Part shown: piece by piece, positions 1 through 12,671 of the stretch
How the letters are laid out: each line of letters opens with the position of its first letter
Numbering within the stretch: the stretch's first letter is position 1
NCBI GenBank assembly: GCA_020137815.1
Contig: CM035352.1
Span: forward strand, 6,820,001 to 6,884,000
Length of the DNA: 64,000 nt
Origin: Hormiphora californensis
Lineage: Eukaryota; Animalia; Ctenophora
Reading direction: 5' to 3'
Made by a program: the position numbers and the translations under genes
The notes under the pieces: generated by a model
Told to the model about the DNA's origin: nothing
Database searches by the model: none
Seen by the model: only the letters and a program-made list of their open reading frames with translations

Positions 1-120
1 CGCCATGGCGGATGTGGCCCGAGGCCCTGTTCCGACTTCCGGGATCCCTCGGGCCTCTTGGCTCTGAGCCCTGCAGGGCAAGGACATTGACAGGGCGCAG
101 TGGCTCGTAGCGGTCATTGA
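1..120 (-). CDS. Possible first coding exon of an unidentified divergent gene, running off the window edge
   Basis: GC-rich open stretch preceded on the - strand by an AT-rich acceptor (attaaaattacag), with ATG 3 nt downstream; no recognisable homology. Confidence 0.3.
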
Positions 121-282
121 CTGTAATTTTAATGTATTTTAATTTGATAAATGTGGGGATGTTACACTAAATCACACCAGACCGGACTTTGAAACACCTG
201 TTCCAAACAGGCTGTTCGTACAATCAATCAACTAGTCTGTCAAATAGACTCTATTGAATACTCAGATTTTTATTATTAAGCC

Positions 283-2594
283 ATGGAATCCCTGCGTTCT
301 GCGTTTAACAGTGGTCCTGAAGATGAAGGTCTCCTCGGTGCGGTGAGTATGATGTATTACATTTACAGCTTATTGTTGCAGCTTGTTTTATCTCTCTCGC
401 CCTGTTTTACTGTTTTTCTGTGTGCTATTATAATACCTATGACACACAATATTTTACTTACTATGGGTACTACATCCCCTCTTCTTTCTCTTCTCTTGCC
501 CACGTACACTAAACAATATCTGGCACTTAAAGCATAGGATGGAGTCAATAAGATCAGCATTTAGATCTGGAAATGGTGGTGACGATGACGAATCCCTGAT
601 CGGGGTAATAACAGACTCACACATTGCTAGCTGCTGACATTAGTGCTGCATGATTAGATGTGATATTACACAACAGACACTTCTTACAAGATTATATCAT
701 GCTATACCATCCACCTATAATACAGTTACACATAGTGTGTTACAGGTGTGTAACACACAGTTACACAGTTACACAGTTAACCCTTATTATTTCAGATGGA
801 TAATCACTGTAACATGAGTTGGGAGAATCGACTGTACGCTTTTGGAGCCTGTTTCGTAATTGGCTGCTTCCTATCCGTCTTTGTAAGTGAGATCTAATCG
901 AAACGAGATGTTTTGTTCACTTAAGTTAGATCTATCGATCTGGGAAGTTTCACACATACACTCACAGTTTGGGTACAATGTGTCCCCCTTTTCTCTCCCC
1001 CCCCCCTGTACTGACTACTGTACTGTCTCGCGCGACGTATTTCCCGGTGCACCGTTCTCAAACACACAGTATAGTAATACCTGGAACGAAAACACGGAAG
1101 TACCATACTACTGGAGTGTAAATGCTGCTGTAGTCCTATTGACTATACTAGTGTAATTCATGTACCACAGTGTGTATCACCAACGCCACGCCTTCACAAT
1201 ACTCAGAGACTAGATGTGTTCCAAATTAACGACTCTTACCTATGTTCACAACCATTTCCCCACTACTTTTCTAGAAAGTTCCATTATTCACTTAGATCAC
1301 TTCCCCTCTAATTCCCACTAATCCCAATGTAATCACAGGGAACGATAGAGATATGGTTGGGCAAGTACTCCTCCTTCGCTGTACTCTACACCCTTGGAAC
1401 ACTCGTAGCTTTAGCAGGGTAATACACAATTCAATACACATACTTGTTTACATTAGGATTGTGATTCCTAGTTCCAATAGATTTAAAAATTAGTTTTCTT
1501 GGAAATTTCTTCTGTAATTCCTCGAAATGCTTCTCTGGGTCCGGGCAAGTCTTGAACTAAATCTAACCGTATAATCCTCCAGGACCTGTTTTCTGCGAGG
1601 ACCAATGAGCCAAATCAAGAAGATGTTCGACAAAGATCGGCTAATTGCTTCAATTGTCCTAATTGCCTCCATCATCCTGACCATCATTTGTGGAGCTGTG
1701 GTGAGAGATATTTGTCTGTTTGTTTGTCTGTTTGTCTCAATTCTATATCTCGATCCAATTCTATCTCTATATCTCGTCCTATCTTTCATTCTCTTTGATG
1801 TTTCCCTGCCCCACACACACACACACGTGCACACTTATTCTTTGATCTTTAAAGTACCTTCCAAAACATCAAACATGAAGGTATAATGATACCGCTAACC
1901 GTGTGTAGCATAGTGACAACATGTAACCCCCCGGCCCCCGTATTTTTATCTCGCTGATTATATGTAAAGGTCGCCCCAAGTAAACTAATCTTCCTGATTT
2001 CAGTTGAAGATAGCGGTCCTGGCTCTGGTTTGCTGTGTTGTTCAGTTCTGTGCCTTCACGTGGTGAGTAATGAGAATTTAGAAAGAGAGAGAAAATAGAG
2101 AGGGAGAAAGAGATAGAGATAGGGGTCAATTTCTCGAAAAGTGATACATAAGAGAAGCTAGAGAAGAGTGAGGTAGAGCGATGATAAAGTGAGGGGTTGC
2201 GTGTGAGAAAGGCAATTAATCTTTTTTGTGTGTGTAGTAGGGGACCAGGGTGGTGAGATTAACTTCTTCTTTTGTTATGAATCACTTCACTATGATACTA
2301 CCTGTGTCGCGTGACCTACAACTCTGACTCATGCAACTCTGGCTCATATAGATTTTATTTGCTGATATAGCGAAACATAAGAGGCGATGGCATCACCAAA
2401 GATTCTATGAGCCAGAGTTGCATGAGCCAGAGTTGTAGGTAATCGGTACATGTATACTGTCCTTTACTACCCACCCATAACTTCCCCCTGACCCTCTCTC
2501 TCTGTTCAGGTACACACTGTCCTATATCCCCTACGCAAGAAACGCAGTAAAGAGTTGCTTTTCTGGAGTAACAGGAATGACCTGTCCCTGCTGA
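283..2594 (+). CDS. SFT2D1: Vesicle transport protein SFT2 (Got1/Sft2 family). Exons: 283-342 (or alternative 539-604), 796-882, 1339-1418, 1583-1700, 2004-2062, 2510-2594
   Basis: GT-AG joins keep the frame and give [86 protein letters not shown], which carries the SFT2D1/2 signature motifs. Confidence 0.92.
539..604 (+). CDS. Duplicated alternative first coding exon of SFT2 (MESIRSAFRSGNGGDDDESLIG)
   Basis: Paralogous to exon 283-342 ([20 protein letters not shown]); ends in a phase-0 GT donor; AG 1 nt before the ATG. Confidence 0.75.
2314..2440. mobile_element. Small MITE-like inverted-repeat element in the last SFT2 intron
   Basis: acctacaactctgactcatgcaactctggctcata ... tatgagccagagttgcatgagccagagttgtaggt, about 35-bp inverted termini. 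Confidence 0.6.
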
Positions 2595-2651
2595 GGTGAT
2601 GATCTAACCAGAGGAGAGAGACATTGTATCTCGCTGTGCGAGGCTGAATGG

Positions 2652-2727
<76 letters not shown>
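2652..2727. repeat. (AG)n microsatellite; many similar CT/AG tracts at about 5560, 9570, 15420-15750, 16990-17160, 18730-19210 and 19705
   Basis: Direct dinucleotide repeats. Confidence 0.95.
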
Positions 2728-2731
<4 letters not shown>

Positions 2732-3181
2732 ACAGTGAATATTGTTAAGCAGTTGATGTTTGTGTTTGAGTGAAGAACTCTGTTGTGTAAACAGGATTTT
2801 GTTGTGAATTTGATTCCTGTGAATGTATAACATGACTATCTATTTCTCACCGAATACGAAACTTTTCTTTTTTTTATCGGGATACTGTCAAACAGATCAA
2901 AGAGATCAAAGTCCTTTTGAAAATGTGTGTATTTTTCCACCTGGCCCACTCATGTCACACTCTGGAGAGTGCAAAGACGTGGCGCGCGGAGCAACCGAAG
3001 TTGTGTTGCTCGCGCACTCTGGGAAATTAGGATGTCTGACCCAGCTGCCAGACACATCACCCTCCCACTCGCATTGAGAGTCTCTCAACCTTTGCCTCAC
3101 CTTTCGATCCCTCTTTCAACATTTCAATCTAGGTAATTGTACTTGTTATCTTCCTCACATACTACCTCACTATTCTATATA

Positions 3182-5038
3182 CTAGCGCACCCATTGGGTG
3201 CGCCTCAAGTAAGGGCTTTCTAATAACCCACCCGGCTTCGCCGGTTGGTTTTTTTCGCCCCTTTCAACGTCAATAACACGGTTGCCATGGCAACTGAATT
3301 GGTAACTATGGGGACTGGCATGTAAAAAGTCATTCAAAAAAATTAACAAACTTCCACTGGAAGTTCCAAAAGTGTGAATGACAGCTTTACAGCTTTGGTC
3401 ACATAAAATATTTTATGAAGGAGCACTGTCGCGTAGAAACGCACTGAACGAACGGCCATCACGACGTTCATCTCCAAATTATAATAGAGACTAGCGCACC
3501 CATTGGGTGCGCCTCAAGTAAGGGCCTTTTGATAACCCACCCGGCTTCGCCGTGTGGCTCATTTCGCCACTTTCAACGTCAATAACACGGTTGCCATGGC
3601 AACTGAATTGGTAAACATGGTGACTGGCATGTTAAAAGTCATTCGAAAATATAAATTAACTTCCACTGGAAGTTCCAAAAGTGTGAATGACAGCTTGGTC
3701 ACATAAAGTATTTTATGAAGGAGCAGTCTGTCGCGTAGATACCGCCTAACGAACGACTTCGACTTCGACGTTCATCTCCAAATTATAATAGAGACTAGCG
3801 CGCCCATTGGGTGCGCCTCAAGTAAGGGCTTTTTGATTACCCACCCGGCTTCGCCGGGTGGTTCTTTTCGTCACTTTCAACGTGAAAAAACGGTTGCCAT
3901 GGCAACTGAATTGGTAACTATGGGGACTGGCATCTTAAAAGTCATTCGAAAATATCAACAAACTTCCACTGGAAGTTCCAAAAGTGTGAGCAACAGCTTT
4001 ACAGCTTTGGGCACATTGCAAGTTTTTATGAAGGAGCACTGTCGCGTAGAAACGCACTGAACGAACGGCTTCGACGACGTTCATCTCCAAATTATAATAG
4101 AGATAGCGCACCCATTGGTGCGCCTCAAGTAAGGGTTTTTTGATAACCCACCCGGCTTCGCCGGGTGGTTCTTTTCGCCAGTTTTAACGTCAATAACACG
4201 GTTGCCATGGCAACTGAATTGGTAACTATGGGGACTGGCATGTTAAAATTTATTCGAAAATATTAAAAAACTTCCACTGGAAGTTCCAAAGTGATACAAC
4301 AGCTTTACAGCTTTGGGCACTTAAAGTGTTTTATGAAGGAGCAGCCTGTCGCTTAGATACCGCCTAACGAACGGCCATCACGACGTTCATCTCCAAATTA
4401 TAATATAGACTAGCGCACCCATTGGGTGCGCCTCAAGTAAGGGCTTTTAGATAACCCACCCGGCTTCGCCGGGTGGTTCTTTTCGCCCCTTTCCACGTCA
4501 ATAACACGGTTGCCATGGCAACTGAATCGGTAACTATGGGAACTGCCATGTTAGAAGTCATTCGAAAATATTAACAAACCTCCACTGGAAGTTCAAAAAG
4601 TGTGAATAACAGCTTTACAGCTTTCGTCATATAAAGTGTTTTATGAAGGAGCAGTCTGTCGCTTAGATACCGCCTAACGAACGGCCATCACTTCGACGTC
4701 GTTCATCTCCAAATTATAATAGAGACTAGCGCACCCATTGGGTGCGCCTCAAGTAAGGGCTTTTTGATAACCCACCCGGCTTCGCCGGGTTGTTCTTTTC
4801 GCCCCTTTCCACGTCAATAACACGGTTGCCATGGCAACTGAATCGGTAACTATGGGAACTGCCATGTTAGAAGTCATTCGAAAATATTAACAAACTTCCA
4901 TTGGAAGTTCCAAAAGTTTGAGCAACAGGTTTACAGCTTTGAGCACATAAAGTGTTTTATGAAGGAGCAGTCTGTCGCTTAGATACCGCTGAACGAACGG
5001 CCACCACTTCGACGTTCATCTCCAAATTATAATAGAGA
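3182..5038 (-). mobile_element. Tandem array of six ~305-bp non-autonomous Helitron units
   Basis: On the - strand each unit starts TC(TCTATTATAAT) and ends CTAG after GC-rich hairpins (cccggcgaagccggg; gcgcacccaatgggtgcgc); outer flanks are A|T with no TSD; internal junctions read CTAG|TC. Confidence 0.82.
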
Positions 5039-5046
5039 TTGTATTA

Positions 5047-5233
5047 CAGTCGGACCCCGATTTAGTGACACTCCGATTTAGTGGCACCCCGATTTAGTGG
5101 CACACCGATTTAGTGGCAGGATTTTTTCCCCCGACATAGGAAATTAACATTATTTAAATCCGATTTAGTGGCACCCCGATTTAGTGGCAGGATTTTTTTC
5201 CCCCGAGGATGCCACTAAATCGGGGTCAGACTG
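5047..5233. mobile_element. Tc1/mariner/pogo-type MITE
   Basis: TA flanks on both sides; TIR cagtcggaccccgatttagtg / cactaaatcggggtcagactg; internal ccgatttagtggca repeats. Confidence 0.8.
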
Positions 5234-5557
5234 TATAAGGAAAACTGCTAGGATTTGATCAAATTCAACGGCAAAATGAAATAAACACACAAAAATAATT
5301 CTCTGCAGTCGCGGGGGATTTTAGCATCTGTGAGTTCACGACTCACGTCATTTTCAACTTTTTAGTCGGAATTGTTCAAATTTTGCCCGATGTTTAGACG
5401 AAGTTCTCACACGAAATCCCCCATTATAATTTTTTCCCCATTCCTACTCAACAAAATCCTCGCTCTCAAAGTCTTTTTCACTTTTCTTTTCAGCTCTAAC
5501 CTCTATACAGATATAATTCCGGGTCCCTCAATTTTGTTTTTACTTTAATGATCTGAA

Positions 5558-5666
<109 letters not shown>

Positions 5667-5704
5667 TTTTCCCTCTCTTTCTATCTATCTCTCTATATCC
5701 ATCT

Positions 5705-8700
5705 TTATACAGTCAGTCTGCTCGGTAGATAACTCGACTTTGCCCCCAGAATGTTCGCTGTGGTGTCAGGGAAATGTCCTCCCACTGTGTTCGGTTTGAT
5801 TTCACCGTCCTTTTTCACTCGGATGGGGTAGAGAAGAAGGTGTCCGGCAGATTCATCGATCCTAAAAAGTAAAGGAAGAGTAAAGGAAGAGCACAGGGGT
5901 TAGTCATCATACACAACTAAATACACAAAGTTGTGTTCTACATACAAATCTACAGTACTACTACTACTACTACCTTAACCCCTGCTGCCCATGGTCATAT
6001 TTAGCCACCCCTCCCCTAATAAAACAAAAACCTTACTTACTCCTTCTTGACATAAGAATCCCAGTTCTGTTTAGCGATATCTCGAACCCTATGTACACAC
6101 TCAAGTGACTCTGGTGTGTCGAATATCTCCTCATACCGTCCTATGTGCTCCGTCCATAGGCTCTAAGGGAGGGTGGTGTTATTGGGTAACGTACAGGGTG
6201 TTAATTTTGGATCTTTACATGCGTTGGGTATTATGCTTGACCAATGACCACCCTGTAGATTTGATACTAAAACTGATGAATCCCTGTATGGCGGCGCCAT
6301 ACCCCATTTGACAGTGCGCCCCATTTGACAGTGTGCTCAGATGGGTTGCGGCGCCAGACAGATGAATCCCATCCATTGAATGATCATCTATCCATATGAA
6401 AATACAAACGCTATCTCACCTTGCGAAGACCCTGGACATGTCCGTTCGTCACTAAATCTGTCTCCGATTCGCCCGTTTCGAAGCACCCAACTGCTATCTC
6501 AGTATCTCGCCGACCATCCATACTTCTCTGGTTGATATTTGCACTACCAACAACCGCATAGATATCATCAACCATCATTGCCTAATGTGGGGATAGGATG
6601 GAATTGTGTGGTTGTCATTTGTCAATGGAAACTTTTCATGGTTACCCTGGTTACTATAGTCGTTAGAAACTGGAAGTTGCACATACCTTACTGTGAACGT
6701 ATATCATAGCACGCCCATTTTTAGCCATCCTAGTTGTTGGAGTGTCATCAGTAAGCTGATTTACACTCGCTGGCGGGGTCTCCCTTTTACCTGTAGAGAG
6801 AGTCTGGGTTACCATGGTTACCTTCGTTACCACCCTTGGAGAGATAAAGTTCGGGTTACCACCCCTTGGCCTTGTTGCAACACTGCAACAGGCTCAACGC
6901 TGTCCCTCACACAACTTACCGAGGCAGAAGAAATTCAGATAATCTGTTGGTTCAGCCGCGACACCAGCCTTATCGATCGCTTTTGCTATTTTCTTGTACA
7001 TCATCGACATTGTCTTTGCTTGCCAGTACAGGATCTCTTGGATGTGGGCCGCGTGCGGATTACCTGTAAATTAGAATTGTGGTTACTATGGTTACTGGAG
7101 CAGAATTATGGTTACCATGTTATTGGTCGCCCAGTTCTCACCTGCACCCTGACAGCTGATTCAACATGCCGTCAGACAGGACACTGTGTGCCCTAAATCG
7201 AAGGTTCGGATACCTACCTTCGGGAAAGAGGGGTATGAGGATGTAGGCTGCAAAACGTCGTCCCTTTTCGATCATCTCGCACACCTGTTCTGCTATCTCG
7301 ACAGGGATCAAATGGTTACACCGGGGTCCTGAAGAGAGAGGGAATGTGGTTACCATGGTTACCATGTGGGGGCAGGGGTATTCTTAGCAGTGTGTACTGT
7401 GTGTGTTACTAGCAGTGTGTGTGTTACTAGCACTAGCAGATGCAAAATCATCATTTTTTGATAGCATTTGGCCGGTCGCTATAGGTAATCAGAATTTCAG
7501 ATCAGGAGATATTAGCAAGATTTGATATTAGCAAGATTTTATTGGTGCTACTAATAATTGGTGCTTTAGATATAATCACTCAGTAAGTAGCACGGCATGC
7601 AGGGCATGTGCAAATGATCAGGAAGCATGCGTATATATCAATTTTATTAGCAGATCTTCTCTTACTCTTGTTTAGACTAAAGGGTCGCATTAGTTTAGAG
7701 TCGTGGAAATATGATTGAACCAAATCCAATCTCTGTCCTGATATATGATATAAAATAACTTTCCTATCTATTTGTTATGAAGAATAGATCTCCTATTCTC
7801 CTGAGCAAAATCTGTCTGGCGGCGCCAATCTGAGAATCAAGACGAGGTCCAAGGCGCTGCCAGACAGATTATAACGAACCTCTCCCTCCCTATATCTGTC
7901 TAACCATGGTTACCATGGTTACCATGTCCCTCTAATCCCTACGTACCCACGTCAATGTCCCTGTCCAGCCATGAGTGAGCGGAGCCTAGGAAATACTGAT
8001 TTTCCACATACAGGAACTTGTCTGAATTCCGGACTCCTGTTACATACGCTCTGTGTATACTCGCCTCGTAACATCGTCCGTGCTGGGAGGGAAGTCATGT
8101 TGAATGTTGAGTAAATGAGGGAGTTGTTGAGTAAAGTGGTACGTGGGGGAACAACAGCAGATCAGGGATATATGTGTATTTGAAGTTGTACGGTACGTTG
8201 CCGTTGGAGATCTCGGAATCCTACCTTGTAGCTTGGTTACGCGCTGGCAAGGGAGGGGGGTTACTTCGTTACCAACCTTGGAGCTGAGTGTGTGTTTCTT
8301 AGTTCCATCGAACTTTGCAGCATCAATGGGTATTGATCTGAATATCTGAACCCTCCATTTCCCTTTCTCCTTCGTCTCCTCTGGCTCCTCCACCAAATAA
8401 CTAGCCTGAGTAGGGAGGATAGTGTCAGTGAGGGTAGGGTGTTTCTACCCTGAGGGCCCCTCAGTGAGGGGGAGGGGTTTTGTTTACGATAACTGGAAAC
8501 ACGGTGGGAGGTGATTTTCTTTTAGATTGAAGTGTCATAATGAACCAAACCGCCAACTTTATTTTTGGGTTTTTTTCCCTAGTTACCCATGGTTATCCCT
8601 ATCAATGTTACCTCCTTGGGTGCCTCAACCTTCCACCTATCGCTAAAGTTTGCCAAAACATCAAGGGCTGCTTCTCCCGTTACTCGAGCATGAACATCAT

Positions 8701-9568
8701 GCCACGGCTGTCGGGGTCCATCTGCTGCCTTTAGAATACCAGGGAACGTCTGCAGGTAGATGGAGACAATTGTGAATTGTGTTAAAATAGTTGGGCGAGA
8801 TTCGAGTAAGTATATCAAGAATCCTTTTTTTTTTCGTAATTTCGTGTTACCTGGTAGAAATCGTCTGAGTGTGTGTCCTTAGTTGACTCGAAGAGGGAGT
8901 GGTTCTGGTCGTCATAGCGACCAATGGTTAAATCAAGGCCACCAAGGTACGCTACTGCTCCACAAGATGCCGTGCTATCATCACAAATAACTGATAGTAG
9001 TGTCATATTTAATTAATTAAGTTTCATATCAAGACACAGTTGTAATATTTGAGGAGCGTTTAGTTGCTCTCCCTTTAAAACCTATCGAAGCGGGGGGGGG
9101 GGGGGGGGCTCAACACCTAACTGTATGACACTCATGACTCTAACTGTATAAAATTCCCAAATTTCTCTAGGTACCACCCTTGTCTGATTCAATTAACACT
9201 TAGGCGTTACATCTAACTGTTAAGATGCTGTAGGTACCCCAAATTCAATCAAATTTTGATCCAAATTCCAAATGTTAGTGTGTAAATACAATATTGTGTA
9301 CAGTATTTTAGGTCACGTGAACAATATGTTGACCATATATGGTCATAGAATGGGTCACATGATCATCACGTGATTGCAGTGAACACTGAACAACCAATCA
9401 GAGTTATCCCGTGCCTGCATTCTGCAATCAGAAGCCGATCAGAGGCCAGAACGGGTGCCTCACTTGGTCCAGAACCAATAACGGCGGAACAAACGTATCA
9501 TGTGAACCACATATTAACCATATAGCAAAACCGTACCCGCCCTACGGACGGGATAGAAACACAGCGCA

Positions 9569-9638
<70 letters not shown>

Positions 9639-12600
9639 GTATATAGTAAGATTGAGGTTCGATATATTGAGGTTGATCAACTACCTGTTTTCTGGTGGTG
9701 CGAGTAGGACGTGTTACTGACGAGGGTTTCCACCATTCCTCTCTTACTCTTCTGTCGACTGGCAAGAACACATTTTACCTGGGGGGAGGAATTGACGCTA
9801 GGTTTAGAATCAGGCATCATACTGACTTAGACTACTGCAGCAGCTTCCTTGAGAAACTTGGCCGCAATTGCATCGCCCTGATAGATCACATCCCAGCATT
9901 CGCAATTCAGCAAACATAAAGATAGGGATGTGATATATTATTATCATTAATTATACCTGAGTTTTAGAGAAGAATACTCGTGTAATTTCATCATTAGTTC
10001 CAACTACTCCACTCATCATCTCATTCTCACTGTTGAACGGTTCATCCCAAAGTAGAATTAGCACCTTGTGTGTTAGAATTAGCATTTTGTGACTGTGAGA
10101 TATGGGACATCCCATTGGACCTCTTTGGTTCATTGTATACAATGACCCAAAGAGGTCCAATGGGATGTACAGGGTCTACTATCTATGTATTATGTCTTCT
10201 TTCTATATCTACTTACCTTGACTCCCTCCTTCGCCTTTGCTTTCAGGAGATCCCCCAGAGTTGGTCTATCGCTCTGATCACGTTGTAATCTTATCGTGTG
10301 GGTCATCGACCAACCTGCCATGGCGAATGGATAATGAACCATTGGACCAACCCAGTGGCAAATAAATAATGAACCTTCAACTAGCAGTTGGTCAAATGCT
10401 GTCAGAGCATTGGTAGCTGACCCTTCACCTTATTCTCATTTCATTCAAAACAATGATCTGCACGCGAGAACCGCAGTCAGACTCTGACTGAGTCAGAGCA
10501 CATTGGCCCTACAGATAATGAACCATTGCGGGTATTAACAGGACATTCCTCTCTCAGCTCATATATAGTGACTAGGATATTATGCTAGGATATTCAACTG
10601 TCGCGTCTAAACTCTAAGTGTTTGAGTGTGTGTAGCATATATTATGTTCACATTGTCTCCTACAACGCTAATGATTGAGACAAAGCACGAGGAGGGAGTT
10701 TCTAAGGGAGGGAATGAGAGATGTTTTGAGTGGGGGGGGGGGGGTTTCTGGGGGGTTTCTAAGGGAGAGATTTTGTGAGTGGGGGGGGGGGGTTGGAAAG
10801 GAGGGAATGAGAGATTTTGTGAGTGGGGGTTTCAACTGTGTATTATAATGAGCCGGGATAAAGTTCAATATATGGGTGAAGAATGAAAGCCTGGATACTG
10901 GATAGAGTTCAATATGGGATGAATGCTAAATTCCTGGGCCAGAGTATGGACATGAGACGTCCTGACTACTAACCTGTTATGTAGATGAATCTCTGTGCTC
11001 GTTCAATACTCTCCGCAATATCGCACCATGCTGTGGTTGGTTGGTAAGGGCTGCCGTGTACTGATATCATGTCATGTCCAGGGAGGGCGTGACAGTGGGC
11101 ATCCTGGTAGAGCCTCACATCTCCTGTCTGTTAGGAGTAGTAGGTGTTAGTATGAGAAATGAATAAATAGGTGTTAGAATGAGCACTGTCTATTAGGAAT
11201 AAATAGGTGTTGATTTGACTCGTCAGAAGCTCCCAGTCTCTGCTGACATAAGCTCATATTATGATCATTGATGATGATCAAACATCATATTTTGTCTCAT
11301 CTAATTAAATAGAAACCTCGCCATTAGTAAGTAACAGCATGTCGAAGTTACATGGTTTGCGGTAATTGTTAGGGCGTTCCGGAACTCCTGTTCTAGCAGC
11401 TGTACCAAAACGCCCTAAAATTATACCACATCTTGAATTGAAGTTGCAGATGGCGTGAAACACTCACATGACGAAGTGGAAAGTAGCATCGTGTAACCTC
11501 AAACTCCCCAACTACATCTGTAACAGGCTCAAACACAACCTCGATATCGAGGGTCGGTCGGGCATTCTTAAACGGGGTCATGAGAACCAACTTTTCTTTT
11601 AAAATCTGAAAGGAGACAGAATGTATTCTTGAAACTGCTCGGATTAGGGTTCTAACTTTTCAGGCCAATGCTCTGGCCTCTGACCACAGTTCTCGCACTA
11701 AGAAATTAGAACAGCCAATATATACTCTGACAGGTTCTAACAAGCCGAGCTTCAAGTGCAGGGAGTTTAAATTCCAGTGTCTTGTTGGACAAGAGCTTGC
11801 AGCTATGTATTATAACAACCAAGATTATTATACCTTTTTCTCTACTATTTTCCTGATGGGTATGTGAGCGTGTCCGAGTTTCTCTTTTCCGACCATATCA
11901 TCGTCCCACACCCAGAAATATAACCGCTCTCCTTCATGGGATACCTGTCAGGATTTGTTGTGTAAGGGGTGAGCCGGGGTCAGGGGAGAGAGGGGATATT
12001 TGGGGCACTTGTTTAGGGAAATATAGAAGTTGGGGTCTTTGGCGTATGGTTTTAGAAACTGACCATACGCCCCAATGTCCCATTACATGCGGAACGCCCT
12101 CGGGTACTGCGCCTTGGAATTGGTGCTAAATTCATAATATGGAAACGAGTCGTCTACATCAGTTGGTATCTAAAAAGGGAAATATTGGTCTGTTCTAAGA
12201 CCAGCTCTTACTTCCGTTTCGAAGGTTTCATTCCATACAGGGTTCAGATCATCCTTTATAACTTTAGTTTGTAGAATTTTGTGCCTATCAATGGAAATAC
12301 TAACATAAGGATCTGATAAATCCTTCTTTTTCTCCTGATTGGAACAGCGGGTTTGTTAATTTGGAGAGATCGTTACATTAACTAGGAGAGATCGTTACAT
12401 TAACTAGGAGAGATCGTTACATTAACTAGGAGAGATCGTTACATTAACTAGGAGAGATCGTTACACTAACTAGGAGAGATTGATACTTTAACTAGGAGAG
12501 AAAGATAGATCAGGGTTTTGCACGTGAATCTAAGTTACCTTGTTTGAGAAAAGACTGTCAAATTTGAGTTTCAAGTTTCGGCCATCAGCGTTGGGTAGAT

Positions 12601-12671
12601 TTGAGGCACCCTTTATGGTTACTGTTCAGATCCCCTCGGAAATATATTGTTTCGCTGTTCGAGGTGCTCAT
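5705..12671 (-). CDS. PLD: C2-domain (plant alpha/beta/delta-type) phospholipase D, about 18 exons
   Basis: C2 exons (SDPYVSI..DLNPVWNETF; VWDDDMVG); FIYITGWS..LGDLLKAKAKEGVKVLILLWDE; HKD1 SHHQKT|VICD; GGLDLTIGRYD; GPRQPWHDVH; HKD2 IYVHSK|AMMVDD..GSANINQRSMDGRRDTEIA; PLD_C tail GHLLLYPI..FPDTTANILGAKS..LTV*. One apparent 1-nt indel in exon 1. Confidence 0.9.
10107..10168. repeat. 62-bp near-perfect palindrome in a PLD intron
   Basis: acatcccattggacctctttggttcattgta / tacaatgacccaaagaggtccaatgggatgt. Confidence 0.8.
12363..12500. repeat. 22-bp minisatellite, about 6 copies, in PLD intron 1
   Basis: ggagagatcgttacattaacta repeated. Confidence 0.9.

Noticed and set aside
3182-5038. Regular repeats that could be mistaken for a CRISPR array or plain satellite
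   Set aside because: Whole units repeat with no unique spacers, the context is eukaryotic, and the termini match Helitrons
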